This document shows positions 57,510 to 64,000 of a stretch of 64,000 bases of DNA, piece by piece. Below the pieces are notes generated by a model. It worked only from the letters and a program-made list of their open reading frames with translations. It did no database searches and was not told the DNA's origin. Every line of letters begins with the position of its first letter. Position 1 is the first letter of the stretch. Source of the DNA: Candidatus Nanopelagicales bacterium. Lineage in GTDB: Bacteria > Actinomycetota > Actinomycetes > S36-B12. The stretch spans positions 146,981-210,980 of the forward strand of contig JBBATH010000004.1 of assembly GCA_040398845.1 (NCBI GenBank). Reading direction: 5' to 3'. The position numbers and the translations under genes were made by a program.

Positions 57510-58244
57510 TCAATGCTCCTTCGAACGCTCGAGTCTCTTGCGCCAGGCGCTGAATGAACCTGCCGGTCCGGCATGCGGCCGCGCGAGCCACGGCCACGGG
57601 TGGATCTCATCAGGCTCGATGAGGCTGCTGCGCCGCCGCCATCCGGGCACCGGCGCGAAGGTCGTGGCGAGGCATTCGGTGAGGAATACCCATCTTTTTC
57701 CTGTCAATCGGAGCCGAGCGAGCAGCGTTTCGTCGAAGACAAAGACCGCTGGCAGGTCCGGGTTCGCGGCGAGCGCCGGATCCTCGTCACCGAGCGACTC
57801 AGCCGTGATCCAGACTCGGCTCACCTCGGTTCGGCGCTCCACCTCTCGAGGCCCGGCGGTGGCTTCAGGGTCGAAGTCGGCACGGACTCCGGCAGGTGCC
57901 GTCACCTGTGCGAGCACCGGGTCGTCTCCGTACCGTTGAATCGGGCACGCTTGGCGAAGAGCGCAACCTGCACAGAGGTCCGGTGCGCGCCGCTCAACCT
58001 AGACGCGAGCGAATCCGTAGGCACGGCCTAGACCATCACCGACAGTCCACTGCCAGCCGAGCCTGTTGGCTGCTCGCGAGCCGTCGAGCAGGTGGGCGCT
58101 TTGCGGGCCGCAGAACGCAGCGACGCGAGGGGCTCGACGTGCCACGGCTCGGTCAGGGTGCGATGTGGATGTGGGCCGTTCAGCATGTGGGGCATGACTG
58201 CGGCAGCAGTTCACGCCGAGCAACTCCGCTCGCAGGGGAGCCTC
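57510..58244 (-). pseudogene. cryptochrome/photolyase-family remnant(s) with an in-frame TAG
   Basis: ORF 57999..58223 ends ..AHLLDGSRAANRLGWQWTVGDGLGRAYGFARV*, resembling the FAD-binding-domain motif LLDxDxAxNxGxWQWxAG. Reading continues in frame after TAG (57999-58001) into ..DLCAGCALRQACP.. and ORF 57510..57917, whose ..RVWITAESLGDEDPAL..VFVFDE..KRWVFLTECL resembles a photolyase N-terminal domain. At most about 245 codons are available, far short of a full photolyase, and the domain order is scrambled. Confidence 0.4.
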
Positions 58245-58263
58245 TCATCTCGCGGGGAGTCCG

Positions 58264-59636
58264 TCAGCTCTCGTCGGCCTGTGGTTCGGGCAGCGTCCAG
58301 CGCTCGCCTTGCTTGGGACGGATGAAGATCGAGTACCAGATGACGCCGACGAGGATTGAGGCAACCGCGACGATCAGCGGAGTCGGATCAGTCGCAAGGA
58401 TCTTGTACAGCACATAGGCCAAAAACGCGATGACAATGAGCGGCGGCAGCGGCCACAGCTGCATGCGGTAGTGGTCGGGCCGTCCACCCGAGGCCGATCG
58501 GGCGCGAAGCGACGCGAATGCGATCGCGACGTAGATCACGACGACCGTTGCGCTCGTTGCCACGATCAGCCATCCGAACGGGAGAAGATATCCGGCAGCA
58601 GCTGCGAGAACGCCGACAAGGACCGTCGCCGCAATGGGCGATTTCGTCCGTGCGTTGATCGACCCAAGCAATCGGTCGACGCCAACCGGCCACGAACGGT
58701 CACGGGCGGATGCGAAAACCAATCGCGCATTCTGAATCTGGATCGCAATCACCGCGTTGAACACGGAAATCGCGATCCCAATGCTGACAAGCATGTTCAC
58801 GGTTTCGCCCCCGCGCTGCAGCAGAAACTCGTTCAATGGAGCTTCTGACGCCATAAGCGACTCGAGGGAGTCTGCTCCGAGAATGACGGCCATGACCGGC
58901 AGCAGCTCAACGAGGACCGTGACAAGAAGGGACACCATGACCGCACGGGCCATCGTCTTCGAGGCGTTCTTCGTCTCCTCGGAGTAGAAGACGGCTGTGC
59001 CGTATCCGCCGTAGGCGAAGAGCGCAACGGAGACAAGTGAGAACAAGACACCCCACGTCACCGGTTCAAGACCGCCGGACGCTCCAAGCGTCTGCGGCGT
59101 CACGAATGTGTCGAGGCCGCGCTGAATGTCCGAGAAACCGAGCACGACGAGGACGAGAACGGCGAATACCTCAAGTCCGAGGAAGATTCCTGTCACCTAG
59201 GCATTCGTCCTGATCGTGAAGCAGGCCACGACCGTGGTGATGACGATGATCGTCGTCCACGGTGAGTCGAAGCCATCCCAGACGACCGAGAGATAGGTGC
59301 CCACCCGGACCCAATGACGGAGATGATGAAAATCCCAGCCATGAGCGACAGCGTGAGGGCCTCAAAGCCCATCGGCTTTCCAAGAAGTCGGGCGGCCCAT
59401 GTGTATTCACCCCCGCTTATCGGCCACCGGCTCGAAAGCTCGGCGTAGCAAAGCCCGACGAAGATCGCGAGGAAGGCCGCGATCACCATGGCCGCGACAC
59501 TGCCGCCCGCGAGCCCCACGATCAGCGAAGGGATAATGAAGACGCTGGACGCCGGAGTTACCGTCGAAAGCGTGATGAGGATGTTCTCTCGAAGCGTGAG
59601 GCTGCGGGCAAGTTCTTGCCGGTACTCGTTCGACAT
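58264..59636 (-). pseudogene. APC superfamily amino acid permease disrupted by a frameshift and an in-frame TAG
   Basis: The N-terminal part from ATG 59636 (MSNEYRQELARSLTLRENILITLSTVTPASSVF..GGEYTWAARLLG..) leaves frame near 59304-59306, a C-run. The shifted frame reads VGTYLSVVWDGFDSPWTTIIVITTVVACFTIRTNA and then hits TAG at 59197-59199. It continues in frame as ORF 58264..59196 (..FAYGGYGTAVFYSEETKN..). Confidence 0.75.
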
Positions 59637-59850
59637 GGGCGCCAATCCCTGACTCGGAAGGCAACCACCGCAAGCGAATTGAGTGTCTTGGATGGAGTGC
59701 GTCACTGGCAGGGTCTGTTCGGGCCCAGGGCCTCCGTCCGACTGAGACTGCTTCGCCCCGCGTGCCGAGACCGCTACCCGCAGGACTGCACTCACTGAAG
59801 GGACCCATCACGTTCACCATCACGCATGCGGTTGGAGCGGCACGGCATAG

Positions 59851-59977
59851 CAACGCGTGCCTTGGAATGTGCTGGTCCGCTGTACACGCGGTCGTCCAAC
59901 CTGTCGAGGAAGCCGTGCTCAGCGCACTTGTGCCAAACGCCACGATGACCTGGCGGTCGGGCGATGTCAGTCAGGCC
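59851..59977 (+). pseudogene. C-terminal fragment of a second DmpA/S58 peptidase
   Basis: SAVHAVVQPVEEAVLSALVPNATMTWRSGDVSQA aligns with the C-terminus of the intact gene at 8963-10105 (SATVHAVEEAVLNALVSNTTMVGRLGHVSPA). VPWN just upstream (59857-59868) lies in another frame, which implies a frameshift. No upstream body is present. Confidence 0.5.
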
Positions 59978-59980
59978 ACG

Positions 59981-60580
59981 TCAATCGATGACGGTGGACA
60001 CGACCCGTCCGGCTCGGGCCACCATGAGCCGCCCACCGTCGGAATCCGTCGCGGTGGTCACGGACACCGGGAACCCCGTCCCCTTCGGCGAGCACGAGCA
60101 CGGGCCGACAGCCACCGGCCCGTCGAAGAACAACTCCCGCACCAGCTGCGTCGCCCCTTCCTGGACGAGGCCAACCCGGAGGGTGTCGCCCTCGCGCCAC
60201 AGCGTGAACTCAACGCTCCACGTCGAGATGGCCTGCTTGGACCAATCCGAGTGCTCGCGAGTCTCGACGACACTGAACCAAGGGCTGCCGTCCAATTCGA
60301 TGCCGGCCTTCAGCCAGTTTCGCTCGTCGACGCGCACCATGAGCCCGCATTGGTCGAATGGCGACTGGAATTCGCAATGCAGTTGCATGGCAACCTTGAA
60401 GTCACCCTCGCATGAGATGAGGAGGGCGTCGCCGTCATCGGCCCCGACGACACCGCCGGTGTGACGCCAGAAATCGCTCACCGGCCTCGTATCCCAATGC
60501 ACTTGCAGGTCTGCGTCGATCTCCCACCCCACAGGCTCGTTGAGCCAAGCGAATCCTTCCCAACCTCCAACGACAGTCAT
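59981..60580 (-). CDS. DUF1349 domain-containing protein (concanavalin-like fold)
   Basis: ..FAWLNEPVGWEI...VSDFWRHT...FDQCGLMVRVDERNWLKAGIE.. matches the DUF1349 pattern. Confidence 0.75.
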   Translation of the reverse strand: MTVVGGWEGFAWLNEPVGWEIDADLQVHWDTRPVSDFWRHTGGVVGADDGDALLISCEGDFKVAMQLHCEFQSPFDQCGLMVRVDERNWLKAGIELDGSPWFSVVETREHSDWSKQAISTWSVEFTLWREGDTLRVGLVQEGATQLVRELFFDGPVAVGPCSCSPKGTGFPVSVTTATDSDGGRLMVARAGRVVSTVID

Positions 60581-60636
60581 CGAACCTCCTCAATCTCGTG
60601 GCGCAACCAGCGCCTGACTGAACATCGTCGCAGGCA

Positions 60637-61371
60637 CTAGATCGCTAGCCAACCACCATCAACTGGGATGTACGAGCCGGTCATGTACGAGGAGTCATCC
60701 GACGTCAAAAACGCGCACACTGCCGCAATCTCCTGAGCCAGCGCCGGGCGACCGAGCGGGATGCGCTCGCGCAGCCAGGCGCCCTTTGCCGGATCATCGA
60801 TCGACGCCTGGCTCATAGGCGTGGCAACCGGCCCCGGCCCGACCACATTGACGCGCACGCCGAACTTCGACCAGTCGACCGCGAGCGCGCGACCTAACTG
60901 CAGCACGGCTCCCTTGGACGCGGTGTAGGCGGCATTGCCTCCATAACCGACCGTCGACAGGATCGATCCGAGTAGGACGATCGAGCCGGATCCCTGCGGC
61001 ACCATCACCCGACCCGCCACGCGAGCCACGAGGAAGGATCCGGTGACATTGACGCGCATGGTTTGCTCAAACACCGCGAGTGACATGTCGCGCGCATCGA
61101 CGAATGCCTCTTCGATACCCGCGCAATGGACGACGCCGTCCAATCGGCCGTATCGCTCGACCGCTGCGCCGACGAGCGCATCAGCGTCGGACTCGACGGT
61201 GATGTCTCCCGCCGCGACAAGGCCACCCGTCAGGGACACCACTTCCTCCAGCGCGGTTGCGGAGAGGTCCGCGCAGATGACGCGATCACCCCGCTCCGCG
61301 AGGCGGAGTGCAGTCGCGCGGCCAATACCGGAGGCTGCACCCGTGACCAGCGTGACGTGCGTGTCAGTCAT
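60637..61371 (-). CDS. SDR family oxidoreductase
   Basis: TGAASGIGRATA (TGxxxGxG), NAAYTASKGAV (YxxxK) and a PGPVATP region. Confidence 0.88.
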   Translation of the reverse strand: MTDTHVTLVTGAASGIGRATALRLAERGDRVICADLSATALEEVVSLTGGLVAAGDITVESDADALVGAAVERYGRLDGVVHCAGIEEAFVDARDMSLAVFEQTMRVNVTGSFLVARVAGRVMVPQGSGSIVLLGSILSTVGYGGNAAYTASKGAVLQLGRALAVDWSKFGVRVNVVGPGPVATPMSQASIDDPAKGAWLRERIPLGRPALAQEIAAVCAFLTSDDSSYMTGSYIPVDGGWLAI

Positions 61372-62329
61372 GCGTTCGATTCCTTTCGTCGACGTGAGCG
61401 AGGAAGTCCGTCACCAAGGGGAAGAAGGAGTGGGGCGTCTCCAGATGCGCACAATGCGATGCGTCAGGGAGCACGTGCCACTTCGCGCCGGTGATTCCTG
61501 CTGCGAGAGTTCCCATGACCTCGGGGGTTGCCTCATCGAACTCACCCGAGATGCACAGGGTGGGTACCGCGATCTCGTGCAGGCGTGGTCGAACATCCCA
61601 GTGCTTGAGGACAGCCATGCTCGTACCGTTGTCGAATTCAGACCCACCGGCCATCACACGGTAAACCTCGCCATCCGCCTCGAGCGACCGCTCACTTAGG
61701 TCAGCACATTCGGGGAGGGGTTCGAGCCGACAGACGAAGCGCCGGTTGAACTCGTGCTCTGCCGCCTTGAACTCAGGCGAGTCGACAGCCCCCGTGCCAC
61801 GTAGTTCCGCAAGTACAGAGCGAACATCCTCGGGAAGCGTGGCGAGGAGTGCATCGGTGGCCGCTGTCCACTCCTCGATGCTCGCCAGTGTGGAGTAGAG
61901 GATGAGCCCGGCTAGCCCGGGCGGCGAGGTGAGGGCGAAGTCCAGCGCGAGCATCCCGCCCCAGGACTGACCGAGCAACACGTACTGATCGAGTTCAAGC
62001 TCACTGATCAGTAGGGCGAGTTCTTCGATGAATAGGCCGGGTTCGAACATTGCCGGGTCGTGCGGCACGTGCTTGAGCGAGGACTCCCCACACCCGAGTT
62101 GGTCGTAGCGCACGACCGCCCTGCCGGTGCGAGCCAGTGCCTCCATCGGCTCCAGCGAGTAGGACGGGTAGCCCGGCCCGCCGTGGAGCAGGATGACCGG
62201 AACACGTCCGGAGTCGAGATCGCCGGTCACTCGGTACCACGTCTGAAAGCCCCGAACGTCAAGCCGCCCATCACGCACCGGCGGCTCAGCCGCCCGTCCG
62301 CGTGGCGATGTCAACGGTTCACTCTTCAC
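61364..62329 (-). CDS. alpha/beta hydrolase, proline iminopeptidase family
   Basis: VILLHGGPGYPS oxyanion motif, nucleophile elbow LLGQSWGG, and a C-terminal ..DASHCAHLE.. His context. Confidence 0.85.
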   Translation of the reverse strand: MKSEPLTSPRGRAAEPPVRDGRLDVRGFQTWYRVTGDLDSGRVPVILLHGGPGYPSYSLEPMEALARTGRAVVRYDQLGCGESSLKHVPHDPAMFEPGLFIEELALLISELELDQYVLLGQSWGGMLALDFALTSPPGLAGLILYSTLASIEEWTAATDALLATLPEDVRSVLAELRGTGAVDSPEFKAAEHEFNRRFVCRLEPLPECADLSERSLEADGEVYRVMAGGSEFDNGTSMAVLKHWDVRPRLHEIAVPTLCISGEFDEATPEVMGTLAAGITGAKWHVLPDASHCAHLETPHSFFPLVTDFLAHVDERNRTHD

Positions 62330-62341
62330 GATTGATGCACC

Positions 62342-63826
62342 TCACTTCATGCTCGCTGCGATGCGCTCGCCCACGACGACGACAGGCAGTGCGGGGGTGG
62401 AGCGCGGCACCTCGGGGAAGATCGAGGCATCGGCCAGCGTCAGACCGGCAACCCCGTGCACTCTGCCGTCGGCGTCGCAGACCCCGTCTCGTTCGGCGAG
62501 GCCCATGGCTGCCGTGCCCGCAGGATGCCAGTAGTGGCTGTGCGTCCTGGTCATCCAGGAATCGACGCCCTCATCTGGTTGCTGTGGGTTAAGACGTGTT
62601 CCAAGAAGTGGCGCCAATTGATCACCGGCGCACAAACGCTGAGCCGTGGCCAAGCCATCGGCCATCGAGGCCCGATCTGACGGCGCTGCCAGGTATGCAT
62701 GATCGGGAACGAAGCCTCCGGCAGAGCCCACTCGAAGACGGCCTCGTGAGGCGGGGGTGAGCAGCGACACCGGGACGATCGCAGCCCAGCCGGTCGGGGA
62801 GTCAGGCCGCGGTTCGACCCAGGGGTAGATATGTAGGTCGAAGGGTCCCTGCGATGACGACGATGAGACCTTCGCAAGTGCCTGCTCCTCGGGCAGCCAG
62901 CCGTGCTCGGCACGGAAGGCGTCGAGTTGCGAGACCAGTTCAGCCGAGGCGTTGAACTCGAGGGTGATCGCCGGATGGTCATGCAGGTTGCCGCCCGCAC
63001 CCGGAAGCTCAACCTGCGTTTCGACACCGAGACTCGCAAGGTCCTCGCTTCGCCCAATACCTGACCGCATAAGGATTTCAGGGGTTCCGTAGGCGCCTGC
63101 GCACAGCACAACTTGGTCGCAACTCACCACGGTCATCACGCTGTCCTTGATTATCTCGACGCCGGTAACACGTCCGGATTTGATGACGATGCGCAGCGCG
63201 CTGGTGTCGTGCCAGATCTCGAGGTGACCTCGCTCGCGTACCGGATCGATGTAGGCGAATGAGGCATTCCAGCGGACACCGTCGACGATGTTGACGGGGC
63301 TGACATCGACGCCGATGCCGCCATCGAGACTGTCGAGATCCGCGACTCGTGGGACGCCATCCGCTTCGCATGCATCGACAAAGGCCCGATGATAGGGCTG
63401 CACCTCGGATTCTGCGAAGCGGTGCACACGCATCCGCTCTGTCGCAGCGTCGAAGTGCGGCCGCAGGTCATCTGCCGCCCAGCCAGCAAGTCCGCTTGCG
63501 GCCCATCGGTCATAATCCCCTGACCAGCCCCAAGACTGGGTGCAGCCATTGTGAGTAGAGCAGCCACCCATGACCCGTGCTCGGTCAAACGCAAGAGCAC
63601 GGCCCCCAGAACCCGGTCCGCCGTACCCCCAGTCGTGACTCGTGGGCAGCGTGCTGGCGTCGAGGAGGTCTCCGGGCCAGCGTCCCGAGGTGCGGCCGCC
63701 ATAGTCGGGTCCGGCCTCGATGAGTAAGACCTGGCGGTCCGCGCGCTCGGCCAACCTGCCCGCCACGACGCAGCCGGCAGTGCCACCGCCGATGACCACG
63801 ACATTCGGGGATGCTGTCACCCTCAT
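62342..63826 (-). CDS. GMC family oxidoreductase (choline dehydrogenase-like)
   Basis: VVVIGGGTAGCVVAGRLAE.., ..GGCSTHNGC.. and the C-terminal ..HPAGTAAMG.. and ..LTLADASIFP.. GMC signatures. Confidence 0.88.
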   Translation of the reverse strand: MRVTASPNVVVIGGGTAGCVVAGRLAERADRQVLLIEAGPDYGGRTSGRWPGDLLDASTLPTSHDWGYGGPGSGGRALAFDRARVMGGCSTHNGCTQSWGWSGDYDRWAASGLAGWAADDLRPHFDAATERMRVHRFAESEVQPYHRAFVDACEADGVPRVADLDSLDGGIGVDVSPVNIVDGVRWNASFAYIDPVRERGHLEIWHDTSALRIVIKSGRVTGVEIIKDSVMTVVSCDQVVLCAGAYGTPEILMRSGIGRSEDLASLGVETQVELPGAGGNLHDHPAITLEFNASAELVSQLDAFRAEHGWLPEEQALAKVSSSSSQGPFDLHIYPWVEPRPDSPTGWAAIVPVSLLTPASRGRLRVGSAGGFVPDHAYLAAPSDRASMADGLATAQRLCAGDQLAPLLGTRLNPQQPDEGVDSWMTRTHSHYWHPAGTAAMGLAERDGVCDADGRVHGVAGLTLADASIFPEVPRSTPALPVVVVGERIAASMK

Positions 63827-63913
63827 TCGGCCCGCTTGAGGAACGACCGCACCTTGAGCATTCGAGTTCCCCAGTCTCCGAAATCCACGGTCCGTTGCTT
63901 CCCCAACGGTAAG

Positions 63914-63925
63914 TTATGATCATAA
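63914..63925. promoter_or_regulatory. perfect 12-bp palindrome TTATGATCATAA in a divergent intergenic region
   Basis: Lies in the AT-rich gap between the GMC gene start (63826) and the next plus-strand ATG (63966). This is a candidate operator. Confidence 0.35.
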
Positions 63926-63965
63926 GATTTCTACGCTAGATTGGGAAGACCAACAGGAGGCCGAA

Positions 63966-64000
63966 TGCAGCCCGACAACGCAGACGCCCGCACCAACCCC
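63966..64000 (+). CDS. 5' end of an unidentified CDS running off the window
   Basis: ATG 63966 is preceded by CAGGAGG (5 nt spacing). Only 11 codons are visible (MQPDNADARTNP), so no function can be assigned. Confidence 0.35.

Overview
High-GC, actinobacterial-type chromosomal segment. Supporting signs are a mycothiol-dependent DinB/maleylpyruvate-isomerase family gene, a furA-katG pair, and several promoters placed for leaderless transcripts. I call about 60 protein-coding genes. I recognised no rRNA, tRNA, CRISPR array, transposase or integrase. Layout, left to right: (1) a minus-strand operon of three secreted beta-rich proteins (1.3-7.9 kb). (2) Housekeeping and peptidase genes mixed with toxin-antitoxin (TA) modules: higBA, a DUF4143 AAA ATPase, prfC, phd/relE, prolyl oligopeptidase. 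(3) An arsenic locus (ACR3-arsC-arsI, divergent arsR) followed by a frameshifted MFS gene. (4) An LLM oxidoreductase, a HisA/PriA paralog, and modABC with an HTH+Mop regulator. (5) A tandem vapBC duplication whose second vapC has been mostly replaced by an antisense Fic cassette. (6) A tightly coupled 12.7-kb PucR-linked cluster (CUT2-type ABC importer, M19 dipeptidase, SnoaL-like protein, hydantoinase-like protein + DUF917, FAD oxidase, OCD-family enzyme, divergent hydantoin-type racemase). I consider this the best candidate for an undescribed catabolic system. (7) Two fasciclin lipoprotein paralogs with a shared promoter-like motif and shared terminator hairpin, flanking GT4-GT4-SGNH, POT transporter and aldehyde dehydrogenase genes. 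(8) A second phd/relE pair, furA-katG, a second DUF4143 ATPase, and an unusual hipB-hipA-MntA-like nucleotidyltransferase operon. (9) A gene-decay zone (photolyase-like remnant, broken APC permease, DmpA fragment), then DUF1349, SDR, proline-iminopeptidase-family and GMC oxidoreductase genes. Two points stand out across the window. Both DUF4143 genes are preceded by three phased direct repeats with a related core. Five genes carry in-frame stops (TGA, TAA, TAG x2) or frameshifts. All functional calls rest on my reading of the translated ORFs and remembered family motifs. No database search was run.
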